53,683 nt of DNA from Thermaceae bacterium. Lineage in GTDB: Bacteria; Deinococcota; Deinococci; Deinococcales; Marinithermaceae. A program made the translations under genes and the position numbers. Positions 33,053 through 42,724 of this stretch are shown here, piece after piece (within the stretch, counting starts at the first letter, position 1; every line of letters starts with the position of its first letter). The notes under the pieces were generated by a model that worked only from the letters and a program-made list of their open reading frames with translations, made no database searches and was not told where the DNA came from. Location: positions 1-53,683 of the forward strand of contig WIAM01000013.1 of assembly GCA_015519965.1 (NCBI GenBank), in the 5' to 3' direction.

Positions 33053-34127
33053 GGTTCGGCCCCCAGGCCGCGAGCTCGGGGGGAATGCTGCCCCCCAGCG
33101 CGAAGATCTTACCCGCGGTCATGAGCAGGTAGTAGAGGATGGTCACGATCAGCGAGTAACCAAAAGCCAGGCTCGTCCCCGTGGCCTTGCGCACCGCCAA
33201 AGGCAACGAGAGCACCACCACGATGAGATTGGCAAAGGGCAGGGCCAGGTCGCTGTGGAACATCACCCGGGCCTCGACCTGGTCCCGCGGCGAACCCCGG
33301 GTCTCCTGGATCCGCCGCCACCAGTAGCTGATGCTCTGGGTATCGCCCCAGAGCTCCCCCGCGTTTCTGGCAATGAGCTCCTCCCTGGTTTTGGGCAACT
33401 TCAGCACCAGCTTGCCTTCGGGGTCCTGGGGCCTCAGAACGCCCCGCACCAAATCCTTGAGCACGGCCTCGCCGTCCCCCGAGGCCCCCTCGAGAGCGCC
33501 GAGGTCGAGGTTATAAACGCGGTAGCCCCAAAGCGTGAGCCGGTTCCCGGCCAACTTGCCCCGCTCGGCCAGCACCACCGAGAGCTTCGCATTATCCCAG
33601 CGCTCGAGCCGGACCGAGCGCATCTCACCCCGGGTGGAGTCGTAGCCCTTGAAGAAAAGGCGGTAAGGCCCCATGGGAACATCCTGGCCAACCAACCGCG
33701 AGAGCCCCCGGCCCCGGGTCGCCAGCTCGTCCCACCAGATGAGGGTGACCTTAGCGTTGGCCTTTGGCACCACGTACTCGGCCAGGTAGAGGCCGACGCC
33801 GGTCATGATCACCGCGGCGACGAAGATCCAGCGGGCCACGCGCAAAAGCGGGACCCCGCCGGCCTGCATCACGAGGAGCTCGTTCTCCCGGGCCAGGCGC
33901 CCGAAGGCGAGGAGCACCGCCAGCATCAGGGCCACGGGCATGGTCTGGTTCAGCACCAGGGGCACCTGGTACCAAAGCCACTTCACGATGCCCCAAAACG
34001 GGAAGCCCACGATCCACTTGGCCTGCCCCAGAAGGTTGGAGATGAGCAGGAGCACGACGTACATCACCAGACCGAAGACGAAGGGGGGAAACGCCTCCTT
34101 GAGGACGTAGCGGTCGATCCGACTCAC
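33003..34127 (-). CDS. LptF/LptG-family (YjgP/YjgQ) permease
   Basis: 374 aa. N-terminus MSRIDRYVLKEAFPPFVFGLVMYVVLLLI, a central periplasmic beta-jellyroll-like domain, and C-terminal TMs. Confidence 0.85.
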   Translation of the reverse strand: MSRIDRYVLKEAFPPFVFGLVMYVVLLLISNLLGQAKWIVGFPFWGIVKWLWYQVPLVLNQTMPVALMLAVLLAFGRLARENELLVMQAGGVPLLRVARWIFVAAVIMTGVGLYLAEYVVPKANAKVTLIWWDELATRGRGLSRLVGQDVPMGPYRLFFKGYDSTRGEMRSVRLERWDNAKLSVVLAERGKLAGNRLTLWGYRVYNLDLGALEGASGDGEAVLKDLVRGVLRPQDPEGKLVLKLPKTREELIARNAGELWGDTQSISYWWRRIQETRGSPRDQVEARVMFHSDLALPFANLIVVVLSLPLAVRKATGTSLAFGYSLIVTILYYLLMTAGKIFALGGSIPPELAAWGPNLIALGLGLWWMRSFGR

Positions 34128-34176
34128 CGGCGCACCCCCCCATACCGCGATCCCGCCACCTGGCTCCCCGTCATCT

Positions 34177-35784
34177 TCACTTCAGCCTCATCCCCATCAC
34201 AACCCGCGTGCCCTGGGCCTCTCCGGGCCAAGGGAGCAACACGCTGGACACGCCGAGCGTATACACGAAACACCCGTCACTGTAAGCCAGGTCGAACCCC
34301 GCCCGGCTCACCCCACGCGAGGTCAAATCGTACCCCAGATACGGCGAGAGCGCAAAGCCACCCGCTTCGGGGTCCGGCGCGCGGTAGCCGAGCGTGGCCT
34401 CGAGGCGATCGGCCGTGCTGCCGGAAAACCCCGTGCTCAGCCGGAGCCACAGCGGGGTGTTGAGACGCAGGTCGAGCCGGCCCGTTCCCGTCTGCAGGTT
34501 TCTCGACCACTTGAGGCTCGCCGGACCATACGCCAGCAACGCCGACTCCGAAGGGGTCCGCTTTTCGAGGAAGTAGCGGGGCGTGCCCCAGGCTTCGCTG
34601 CGGCTGTAAACGGCGCGGACGTCGCCCATCCAAAGCTGCAGGCTGCCGCCCGCCACCACATAAGGCGCGGCGTCGGGGTAGAGGGTCGTCTCCACCCAGG
34701 GGCGCAGCGTATAGCGCACCCCCTGCCAAGCACCGGAAAACGCAGCCTTCGCCGAAAGCCCGAAGGTTAGGCCCGGATCCCCGGTATCCAAAAACGTCAG
34801 CGAGGGGCCAAGCCACAGCGCCCCCAGGCCAAAGCCGGGGTGGTAGCGAAGGTAGGCCCCGCCACCGTCCCGTTTGAGGCGTTTTTCCACCGTCAGGTCC
34901 GGCACCTGGAGCGAAAGACCGAAGTCCTTCTCGGCAAAACGCATTCCGAAACGGTTCTGCCCGTCAACCAGGCTCAGGGTGTAGCGCGGGCTCGGCCCGC
35001 CGAGCCCCTCGCCCAGGGCGCTGATCCGGGTCTTCCAGGCGCCAAACGACTCGCCCGGGACAAAAAGCGGAAGGCCAACCACGCCTACCGTCCAGCCATC
35101 ATCGGCGTAGGTGAGCCGCAAGGGAAAGCGCAACTCGATGGGAGCTGAAGTATCGAGCACGAGCGGGTCCGGCCGGGCGAGCGTCAGGCCGTAGAACGTC
35201 ACCTGGCTCTCCTCGACCAAGAGCCGCCCGCTCTTGGCGTCGAACACCGCCCGATCGCCGTGGAGCACCAGGGCCTCGCCGCAGCGGCAGGGCGTAGCCC
35301 ATATCCCCTCGGCGACGAAACGGCCGGCCTCGAGGCGCCCCCCATCGGCGCGGAACCGGTAGCGCGGGGTGCGGGCGCGGATCCGGGTCAGGATCACCGC
35401 ATCGCCGCGGCGCTCGGCGGCCTCGGCGTGGACCTCGAGCCGCCCCCGGGAAAAGGTGGCGTCGGCGAACTCGACCACCTGGTCCTGGGCCACCAGCCGG
35501 GCGGCGGAAAAGCGCCAGCCCCCGACCTCCCCTTTCGCCTCGGAAGCATCAAGACGTTTTGAGGCCCGATCAAAGACGATCTCCCGGGCCTCAAAGCGAA
35601 CGCCCTCCCCGACGAGGCAGGCGCTCCGGAAGCGGAGCTGGCCCGATTTCAGCGTGAGCGCGGTCCCCCCCACCAAACCCTGGGGGGTGGTGAGGGTGTA
35701 GGGGCGATCCTGGCACGAACCGCCCCCAGCCGCCCAGGCCAGCGCGGCGAAGATGGGAAGGAGAAAGAAAAACCTTGGGCGCAT
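34177..35784 (-). CDS. LptD/OstA-like outer-membrane protein
   Basis: 535 aa. Signal peptide MRPRFFFLLPIFAALAWA, an OstA-like N-domain with repetitive beta-strand pattern and the ATPCRCGE...VFD...LLVEESQVTFYGL segment, then a Gly/aromatic-rich barrel-like C-terminal half. Confidence 0.55.
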   Translation of the reverse strand: MRPRFFFLLPIFAALAWAAGGGSCQDRPYTLTTPQGLVGGTALTLKSGQLRFRSACLVGEGVRFEAREIVFDRASKRLDASEAKGEVGGWRFSAARLVAQDQVVEFADATFSRGRLEVHAEAAERRGDAVILTRIRARTPRYRFRADGGRLEAGRFVAEGIWATPCRCGEALVLHGDRAVFDAKSGRLLVEESQVTFYGLTLARPDPLVLDTSAPIELRFPLRLTYADDGWTVGVVGLPLFVPGESFGAWKTRISALGEGLGGPSPRYTLSLVDGQNRFGMRFAEKDFGLSLQVPDLTVEKRLKRDGGGAYLRYHPGFGLGALWLGPSLTFLDTGDPGLTFGLSAKAAFSGAWQGVRYTLRPWVETTLYPDAAPYVVAGGSLQLWMGDVRAVYSRSEAWGTPRYFLEKRTPSESALLAYGPASLKWSRNLQTGTGRLDLRLNTPLWLRLSTGFSGSTADRLEATLGYRAPDPEAGGFALSPYLGYDLTSRGVSRAGFDLAYSDGCFVYTLGVSSVLLPWPGEAQGTRVVMGMRLK

Positions 35785-35813
35785 GCTCCCTTAAGCTTAA
35801 CGAAGCCCGGGGT

Positions 35814-36455
35814 TCAGTTGGGTTCAGCCTCGGCGAGGTAGGCCTCGAGCCGCGATCGCACCTTGGCCGGGACCTCGGTGGTCGCTTCGGGCTCTTTCCC
35901 CTGAACGAAGGTGATGAGCAGCCGCGCCGACTCGCCTTTGCCTCTGAGCACAAGGCCAAGGGCCGGGTCCTCATAGCGGAAATCGCCCACCAGGAGGACG
36001 AGACCGTCGCGGGTATCGGCCACCAGGCGCTGGGCCTCGAAGGCCGGGGAGGCGCTCCTGACCCCACCCTCGAGCACGGCCACGTCATCGGCCATGAAGA
36101 GCACGCCCCGGTCCGCCTTGAGGCCCTCGAGGAAATCCGACGAGAAGGTCACCCCACCCGAGAGGCGCACCTCTTTTTGCTCGACCAGGTATTCGAGTTT
36201 GCCCACCCGAAACCGGAGGTCATTCCGGGAAAGGCGGGCCTCTTCGGCCTCGACGAACTCGCCCTCCTTGTAGCGGATGAGCGCGGCCTCGAGGGCCACC
36301 CCCGAGTCGTTGTCGATGAGCCGGCCGCCCTGGGGCAGCGTGGTGATGCCGGTGGTCAGATCGACCTCCTGATCACCTTTCGGCTCGACGGTAAAAGCGG
36401 CAAAGCTCGCCGCCATCGCGATCCCACCGAGAAGAAGCACGAGCCAACCACGCAT
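35814..36455 (-). CDS. LptA/OstA-like periplasmic protein
   Basis: 213 aa. Signal peptide MRGWLVLLLGGIAMAASFA. Repeated pattern KEVRLSGGVTFSSDFLEGLKADRGVLF..VAVLEGGVR reminiscent of the OstA_N fold. Confidence 0.5.
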   Translation of the reverse strand: MRGWLVLLLGGIAMAASFAAFTVEPKGDQEVDLTTGITTLPQGGRLIDNDSGVALEAALIRYKEGEFVEAEEARLSRNDLRFRVGKLEYLVEQKEVRLSGGVTFSSDFLEGLKADRGVLFMADDVAVLEGGVRSASPAFEAQRLVADTRDGLVLLVGDFRYEDPALGLVLRGKGESARLLITFVQGKEPEATTEVPAKVRSRLEAYLAEAEPN

Positions 36456-36480
36456 GCCCTTAGCCTAACGGGGTCAGGGT

Positions 36481-36516
36481 GAGAAAGAAGAGACGCCGCC
36501 GCAAAGCGGCGGCGTC
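36481..36516 (-). terminator. Rho-independent terminator after nuoN
   Basis: Minus strand GACGCCGCCGC-TTT-GCGGCGGCGTC (11-bp perfect stem) followed by TCTTCTTTCTC. Confidence 0.75.
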
Positions 36517-36529
36517 AGGGAATGCCTGC

Positions 36530-37942
36530 CTAGGCCCCGAGGAAAACCGAAAACGCGCGTTCGATGACCGAGAACGCCGCCCCCGGCCACACGCCAAAGA
36601 GCAGTGAAAGCCCGGCGAAGACGAACACCAGGGCCACGGCGCTGGGCGAAACGTTGAGGGCGCCGGCGTCCTTTGGCGCATCGAGGAACACCGCGGCCAG
36701 GACCTTGAAGTAGTAGAAGTACCCGAGCACCGTGGTCAGCACCGCGACCACCAGCACCCCGTACCAACCGGCCTTGGCCGCGGCGGCGAAGACGTAGAGC
36801 TTGGCCAGAAAGCCGGCCAGGAGCGGAACACCGGCCAGCGAGAGGAAAAGCAGCGCGACCAGGGCCGCAAGCAGCGGGGCCCGGCGACCAAGCCCCTTCC
36901 AGCCCTCCAGCGTCGAGGGAACGCCCGCGGCCTCGGCGGCCTCGAGGGCGAAAAAGGCCCCGGCCCCGGCCAGCAGGTAGGCGAGCAGGTAAAACCCGGC
37001 TGAAGCGTAGCCAAACGCCCCACCCACGGCCAGACCGAGGGCCAGATACCCCATGTGCCCCACCGTCGAGTAGGCGAGCAGGCGCTTGATGTTCTCCTGG
37101 GGCAAAGCCCACAGGTTCCCGAGCACGAAGGAGAGGAAAGCGAGCCCCAAGATCCAGCCCCCCGCCTCGGAGTTCATGGGGAAAAACCCGCGCCCGAGAA
37201 GGGTAATGAGCCCCAGCGCCACCGCGATCTTGGGCACCGAGGCCAAAAAGGCGCCGCCGAGCGGCCGCGCGCCCTGGTAGGCGTCGGGCACCCAGGCGTG
37301 AAACGGAACCAGCGCCAGCTTGAAACCAAGCCCCACCAGCGCCAGGGCAAACCCAACACGGGCGAGCGTCGGAACCCCATCGGCGAGGCTCTGGCGAATC
37401 GCGTCGAGGTAAATGCTCCCCGTCGCCGCGTAGATCAGCGCGAACCCGTAGAGCAAAAAGGCCGAGCCTAGGGCGCCGAGCACCATGTACTTGGTGGCCC
37501 CTTCCGCGCTCTCCCGGCGGTCGCGGTCGTAGGCGGCGATCACGTAGGTGGCGTAGCTCGAAAGCTCAAGGCCGAGGAAGAAGAGCAGCAGGTTGTTGGC
37601 CCCGACGAGCAGCACCCCGCCCAAAACGCCCCAGAGCAAGAAGGCATAAAACTCGCCCGGTCCGCCCTTGAGTGACTGGGGGCGGGTGAGCCCCGACCAG
37701 GCCACCGCGAGCCCCGCCACCGAGAGCAGCACCAGCGCCAACCCGGTCAGGGGGCCGGCCTCGAGCGAAGCCAGGATCAGCACCCGCTCGCTGTAGGCGA
37801 GCGCACCCATGATGGCGGTCACGCCAAAGATCGCCACCGTCACCCCGGCCAGCACGTCGGCCCGCCTGTCCAAAAGCGGCGCCGCCATGGCCACCAGCAT
37901 TCCGCCCACAGCCAGCAACACCACGGCAAGAAAGGTGATCAT
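36530..37942 (-). CDS. nuoN: NADH-quinone oxidoreductase-type subunit N
   Basis: Start reassigned to ATG 37942 (ATGA overlap with the nuoM stop). 470 aa polytopic antiporter-like subunit. Confidence 0.9.
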   Translation of the reverse strand: MITFLAVVLLAVGGMLVAMAAPLLDRRADVLAGVTVAIFGVTAIMGALAYSERVLILASLEAGPLTGLALVLLSVAGLAVAWSGLTRPQSLKGGPGEFYAFLLWGVLGGVLLVGANNLLLFFLGLELSSYATYVIAAYDRDRRESAEGATKYMVLGALGSAFLLYGFALIYAATGSIYLDAIRQSLADGVPTLARVGFALALVGLGFKLALVPFHAWVPDAYQGARPLGGAFLASVPKIAVALGLITLLGRGFFPMNSEAGGWILGLAFLSFVLGNLWALPQENIKRLLAYSTVGHMGYLALGLAVGGAFGYASAGFYLLAYLLAGAGAFFALEAAEAAGVPSTLEGWKGLGRRAPLLAALVALLFLSLAGVPLLAGFLAKLYVFAAAAKAGWYGVLVVAVLTTVLGYFYYFKVLAAVFLDAPKDAGALNVSPSAVALVFVFAGLSLLFGVWPGAAFSVIERAFSVFLGA

Positions 37943-39402
37943 AGCAACCCCCTCACGAAGGCGAGCAGGGGCTGGAGCCCGGCGTCGATCCACGGCGTGA
38001 GGAGCGATGGCACCAGCCCCAAAAGCACCGCCAATACCACCAGCGGCGCCACCGCCGCGAGCTCAAGCGCCCCCAGGTCGGGGTAATCGCGCTCCTTCTC
38101 CCCAAGCAACACCCGCTGGATGGCCCAGAGCATGGCGCCGGCCAGGATCACGATGCCGAACACCGCAAACCAGACCCACGGCCGGGTCGCCTCGCCCAAA
38201 AAGCCACCCCAGAGCGACTGGAACTCGCCCAAAAACCCGGCCAGCCCGGGCAAACCGAGGCCTCCCAGCATGCCCAGCCACATCACGCCACCGAGCATCG
38301 GCATCGAGGCGTAGATCCCCCGCATTTTGGACATCTCCCGGGTGTGGGTGCGTTCGGAGAGCAGCCCGATCATCAAGAACATCAACCCGGTGATAATGCC
38401 GTGGGCCACCATCTGGTACACCGCGCCGTGCAACCCGATGGTGGTCATCGAGGCGATACCGAGCAGAACGTAGCCCATGTGGTTGACCGAGGAGTTGGCG
38501 ATCATGCGTTTCATGTCGCTCTGGGCCAGGGTCACGTAGCCGCCGTAAATAATCGAGATCACGGCCAGGATCGCAAGCCAGGGGGCGAACCGCTCCAGCT
38601 GGGTGGGGAAAAGGCCCAGGTTGAAGCGAATCAGACCGTAGCCACCCATCTTCAAAAGCACCCCGGCCAGGAGAATCGACCCCGCCGTGGGCGCCTGGGT
38701 GTGCGCGTGCGGCAACCAGGTATGAACCGGAACGCTCGGCAGCTTGATGAGGAAGGCGAGGGCAAAGCCCCAAAAGAGCAACCCCGCGGCCGGCAAGGTG
38801 GCGATCGCGCCTGCCGCCTTTTGCAGGTCGAAGAAGTCAAAGCTCAACCGGCCCAGGGTCTCCTGGGCGAAGAAGGCGGTGCCCAGGATCGCCGCGAGCA
38901 TCAGCACCGACCCAACCAGGGAATAAAGGAGGAACTTGATCGCCGCGTAGCGCCGGTTCTCGTAACCCCAAACCGCGATCACAAAGTACATGGGCACCAG
39001 CGTGATCTCGAAGAAGAAGAAAAAGAGGATGAGATCGAGCGCGGCGAACACCCCGGTAATGGCGCCCTGCAGAACGAGCAAAAGGGCAAAGAAGCTCTTT
39101 TCCTCTTTTTTCCAGCTGGCCAGAACGCTCACGAAGGTGAGCAGGGCGGTGAGCACCACGAAGGGCAGGCTGATACCGTCGAGCCCCACGTGATACCCGG
39201 CGCCGAGGAACGGCATCCACGAAGCGCGCTCCTCAAAGGCAAAGCCCGGGCCCCGGTAGAGGAAATAGATCGCTAGCGAAAAGAGCGTCAAAAGACCCGA
39301 AACGCCGGCCGCGAACCGTTTGGCGAACGCCGCCCGGTCGTCGGCGATGAGTCCGATGATTGCGGCGGCCAAAAACGGCAGGGCGATCAGCAAACTTACC
39401 AC
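37939..39402 (-). CDS. nuoM: Complex I subunit M
   Basis: Start reassigned to GTG 39402, preceded by GGAGG and overlapping the nuoL stop. The track N-terminal 61 aa are Arg-rich alternative-frame readthrough of nuoL. Antiporter-like subunit. Confidence 0.9.
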   Translation of the reverse strand: MVSLLIALPFLAAAIIGLIADDRAAFAKRFAAGVSGLLTLFSLAIYFLYRGPGFAFEERASWMPFLGAGYHVGLDGISLPFVVLTALLTFVSVLASWKKEEKSFFALLLVLQGAITGVFAALDLILFFFFFEITLVPMYFVIAVWGYENRRYAAIKFLLYSLVGSVLMLAAILGTAFFAQETLGRLSFDFFDLQKAAGAIATLPAAGLLFWGFALAFLIKLPSVPVHTWLPHAHTQAPTAGSILLAGVLLKMGGYGLIRFNLGLFPTQLERFAPWLAILAVISIIYGGYVTLAQSDMKRMIANSSVNHMGYVLLGIASMTTIGLHGAVYQMVAHGIITGLMFLMIGLLSERTHTREMSKMRGIYASMPMLGGVMWLGMLGGLGLPGLAGFLGEFQSLWGGFLGEATRPWVWFAVFGIVILAGAMLWAIQRVLLGEKERDYPDLGALELAAVAPLVVLAVLLGLVPSLLTPWIDAGLQPLLAFVRGLL

Positions 39403-41384
39403 CGCGCACCTCCAAGGAACACCAGGGCCAGAGCACCGAGGGCGATATAGAGCGCGTAAACGGCCAGCTTGCCGCTTTGCAAGTACCTCAGCGCCTGGCC
39501 GGTGATCATGGTTACGTAGCCAACGGCGTCCACGACCACGTCGACGACGTAGGTATCCAGGAGCCACAGCGCCTTGGTGGGCCACTGGGCCACCTCAGCC
39601 ACCACCCGGTAGTAGAACTCATCGATGTAGAGCCGGCGCTGCAGGGCCTGGGTGAGCCACAGGGGCGCCCGCTGTTTGAGCGGATCCCTGGCATAAAGCC
39701 CCCAGGCCACCGCGATGCCGGCGAGCGCAACCAGGGTGCCGATCACGTAACCGCCGAACAGTTTCGAGGCGGGGATGATCTCGGGAGCCTCGCCGGGATA
39801 GAGGAAGAGCAAGAGCGACTGGCCAAAGAGCGGGCTTCCCCAAAAGCCCACGATCAAACTGAGCGCGGCGAGCGCCACCAGGGCGATGATCATCTCCGCG
39901 CCCGACTCGTGGGGTTTGTGGTCGGGCTCGGGCGCGGGATCGGGGGGGCAGTCCCCCGCCTTCAAGTTGAGCTCGGGGCAGTCCTTGTTCCAGGCCGCCG
40001 CCTTCCAGGGCGAGGGCAGCGAGGGGTGGTGGAAGGCGATCACGAACATGCGGGTGGTGTAAAAGGCGGTGAAGAAGGCCGCCACCATGCCGATGAACCA
40101 CAGGACGGGCGCGTGCTCCTTGGCCACGTCCAAGATCAAATCCTTCGACCAGAACCCGGCGAAGGGCGGCACGCCAATCAGGGCCAGGGCGCCGACGGCG
40201 AAGGTGACCCAGGTCCAGGGCATGTACCGGCCGAGCCGGTTCATTTCGAAGATGTCCTGGGTCTTCGAGCCGTGGATCATGGAGCCCGAGCCCAAAAAGA
40301 GCAGGGCCTTGAAGAAGGCGTGGGTCAGGAGGTGGAACATCGCCGCGGCCCAGCCGAAGACGCCGAGCCCCAGGAACATGTAGCCGAGCTGGCTCACCGT
40401 GCTCCAGGCCATGATCTTCTTCACGTCGGCAAAGGCCGGAGCCAACACCGCGGCGAACAGCGCTGTAATGCCACCGATCCAGGCCACGTACCCCAGCGCC
40501 TGCCCCTGCTCGAGGACCGGGTAAAAACGGCCGGTGAGGTAGACACCGGCGGCCACCATGGTGGCGGCGTGGATCATGGCGCTGACCGGGGTCGGGCCCT
40601 CCATGGCGTCCAAAAGCCACACGTGGAGCGGGAACTGGGCGCTCTTGCCGATCGCCGCTACGAACACCAAAAGCCCGATGCCGCTGGCGACGGGGACCGC
40701 CAGCAAGGCCGCTTTTTCTGCGACGGTGGCGAGATCAAAGGTGCCGAGCTCCTTATACAGCCAAAACAGGCCGAGCATGAAGCCCAGATCGGCGAGCTTG
40801 GTGGTGAGGAAGGCCTTCTTCATCGCCGCCTGAGCGGTCTTTTTCTTGTAATAGAAGCCGATGAGCAAATAGCTCATGAGCCCCATAACCTCCCAGGCCA
40901 ACAGGGCGATGAAGAAGTTCCCGGCCATCACGAAGGTGAGCATCGCCGCCGTGAAGAGCTGGAGGTAGGCGAAGAAGGTGGGGTAGCGTGCCTCGCCATC
41001 CATGTAGCCGATCGAGAAGAGGTGGATAAAGAGCGAGGCCACGGCGACCATGGCCACCACCAGCGCCGCGAGCTGGTCGATGTAGAAGGTCAGCGAAATG
41101 CCGGCCTCACCCTGGATGGAAAGCCAGGGCCACTCAAGCCGGAAGGGGAACCCGGAAAGGGCGCCTCGAGCGAGCTCCACCTCCCCGCCGACCAGACGCC
41201 ACTGGGGCGCGGCTCTGAGCGCCTCGGCCAGGAGCCCGAGCGCCAGGAAGGCCACCAGGGCCATGGTGAGGGTGGCGAACCAACCCGAAAGCCGCCCCCG
41301 AAAGAGCGGGCCGAGCAGGATGAGCATCAAAAAGCCCAGAAACGGCAGCAGCGGAATCCAGTAGGACAAGTTCGCGTAGATCAC
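39396..41384 (-). CDS. nuoL: Complex I subunit L
   Basis: 662 aa. Antiporter-like core plus a C-terminal lateral-helix region. Confidence 0.9.
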   Translation of the reverse strand: MIYANLSYWIPLLPFLGFLMLILLGPLFRGRLSGWFATLTMALVAFLALGLLAEALRAAPQWRLVGGEVELARGALSGFPFRLEWPWLSIQGEAGISLTFYIDQLAALVVAMVAVASLFIHLFSIGYMDGEARYPTFFAYLQLFTAAMLTFVMAGNFFIALLAWEVMGLMSYLLIGFYYKKKTAQAAMKKAFLTTKLADLGFMLGLFWLYKELGTFDLATVAEKAALLAVPVASGIGLLVFVAAIGKSAQFPLHVWLLDAMEGPTPVSAMIHAATMVAAGVYLTGRFYPVLEQGQALGYVAWIGGITALFAAVLAPAFADVKKIMAWSTVSQLGYMFLGLGVFGWAAAMFHLLTHAFFKALLFLGSGSMIHGSKTQDIFEMNRLGRYMPWTWVTFAVGALALIGVPPFAGFWSKDLILDVAKEHAPVLWFIGMVAAFFTAFYTTRMFVIAFHHPSLPSPWKAAAWNKDCPELNLKAGDCPPDPAPEPDHKPHESGAEMIIALVALAALSLIVGFWGSPLFGQSLLLFLYPGEAPEIIPASKLFGGYVIGTLVALAGIAVAWGLYARDPLKQRAPLWLTQALQRRLYIDEFYYRVVAEVAQWPTKALWLLDTYVVDVVVDAVGYVTMITGQALRYLQSGKLAVYALYIALGALALVFLGGARW

Positions 41385-41388
41385 CGAC

Positions 41389-41697
41389 TCACCCCCTCAT
41401 CTCCTCAATGACGTCGGTCGAAACGCTCCCCGCGTGCCGGTAAAGGGTGAGCAGGATGGCAAACCCGATCGAGAGCTCGGCGGCGGCGACCACGATGATA
41501 AAGAGCGCGAAGAGCTGGCCGGAGAAAAACAGCGGATCGCGGTAGGCGGCGGTGGCGGCAAAGGCGATCGCGGCGGCATTCAGCAAAATCTCCACCGACA
41601 TCAGCACCGCGATGACGTTGCGCTTGGTCAAAACGCCGAAGAGCCCGATGGCAAAGAGCACCGCGGAAAGGGTGAGGTAATGTCCGAGCGTAATCAT
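41389..41697 (-). CDS. nuoK: Complex I subunit K
   Basis: 102 aa with 3 TM. MSVEILLNAAAIAFA motif. Confidence 0.9.
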   Translation of the reverse strand: MITLGHYLTLSAVLFAIGLFGVLTKRNVIAVLMSVEILLNAAAIAFAATAAYRDPLFFSGQLFALFIIVVAAAELSIGFAILLTLYRHAGSVSTDVIEEMRG

Positions 41698-42164
41698 TCC
41701 TCAACCCTCCTCGCCAGAACGATCGCGCCCACCATCGCCAGCAACAAGAGCACCGAAGCCACCTCGAAGGGGAAGAGGGTCACGCTCAAAAGCCGCAATC
41801 CGATCCCCTCCGGTGACACCGGGAAGACCTGGGTTTCGGCGGCCCCGAGATAGGCCCAAAGCCCGCCCGCGAAGGCGATGACCACCGCCAGGGCGACCAG
41901 AACGAAGATGCCCGAAGCGGGGCGGACGCTCCGGGACCGGGTCATCATGATGATGAAGAGGGTCAGGATCGGAATGGCGGCGGCGTTGACCGCGAACTGC
42001 ACCACCGCCAGCATGGGGCTTCCCAGCATAAAGTAGAGCCCCGCGATCAGGAAGAAGGTAAAGGCCAGGGCCACCGCGGCGCGAACGATGTTCGACGAAA
42101 ACACCACCACCAGCGCGCCCGCCAGGATGAGGCCCGCCAGAATCGCAAAGGCGACCAAACTCAC
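41694..42164 (-). CDS. nuoJ: Complex I subunit J
   Basis: 156 aa with 5 TM. Position between nuoI and nuoK. 4-nt overlaps on both sides. Confidence 0.85.
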   Translation of the reverse strand: MSLVAFAILAGLILAGALVVVFSSNIVRAAVALAFTFFLIAGLYFMLGSPMLAVVQFAVNAAAIPILTLFIIMMTRSRSVRPASGIFVLVALAVVIAFAGGLWAYLGAAETQVFPVSPEGIGLRLLSVTLFPFEVASVLLLLAMVGAIVLARRVEE

Positions 42165-42724
42165 GCCCCCTCCTCTCCGGCCAAAAGCTCGGCCAGGCCG
42201 CCCGGTTGCATCTCGGGCGGCGCTTTCTCGATGCTGCCGTCGGGCTTGCGGATTTCAACTCCGAACTTGGGGCTGTACCAGACCTGAGCCCTGCGGCCGA
42301 TCTCGTCGAGGAAGGCCTTGTCGGCCTTGAGCATGTTCACGTCGTACACCGCGTGTTCGAAATCGCCCACGGTCACGATGGCGCTCACCGGACATACCTC
42401 GACGCAGTTAGCGCAGTGCATGCAGTTGACAAAATCCAGGTCAAAGCGCTCGAGGACGAACCCCTTACCCGCCGGGTTACGCTTGCGCTCGATGGTGATC
42501 ACCTGACTGGGGCAGGCCCGCTCGCAGGCCAGACAGGACACGCAGCGGTCGCTGCCGTCCTCGTTTTGAATGAGCGCCAGGAACTGAACGCTCACCGGCG
42601 GAATCTCGGGCTTTTGATAGGGGTAGAACTCGGTCACCGCCGACTCCCCGACCCTGCGGTTGACCGCCGCCATCCCCTGACCGATGGCCCGAACCGCTTC
42701 CCATACCTCGGCTAAGAGGCTCAT
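42161..42724 (-). CDS. nuoI: Complex I subunit I (2x[4Fe-4S] ferredoxin)
   Basis: Start reassigned to ATG 42724 (ATGA overlap with the nuoH stop). Cluster motifs CVSCLACERACP and CMHCANCVEVCP. Confidence 0.9.
   Translation of the reverse strand: MSLLAEVWEAVRAIGQGMAAVNRRVGESAVTEFYPYQKPEIPPVSVQFLALIQNEDGSDRCVSCLACERACPSQVITIERKRNPAGKGFVLERFDLDFVNCMHCANCVEVCPVSAIVTVGDFEHAVYDVNMLKADKAFLDEIGRRAQVWYSPKFGVEIRKPDGSIEKAPPEMQPGGLAELLAGEEGA

Noticed and set aside
39403-39585. 61-aa N-terminal extension of nuoM in the track ORF (similar extensions for nuoN, nuoI, ctaC, ctaE and mutY)
   Set aside because: The extensions are Arg/Gly-rich readthrough of the upstream gene in another frame. Each gene has a downstream start forming an ATGA/TGATG/GTGGTAA overlap with the preceding stop, and nuoM also has a GGAGG.
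39360-41411. 683-aa plus-strand ORF antisense to nuoL
   Set aside because: Charged, Gly/Glu/Arg/His-rich nonsense-like sequence. nuoL on the minus strand is an obvious polytopic antiporter-like protein.
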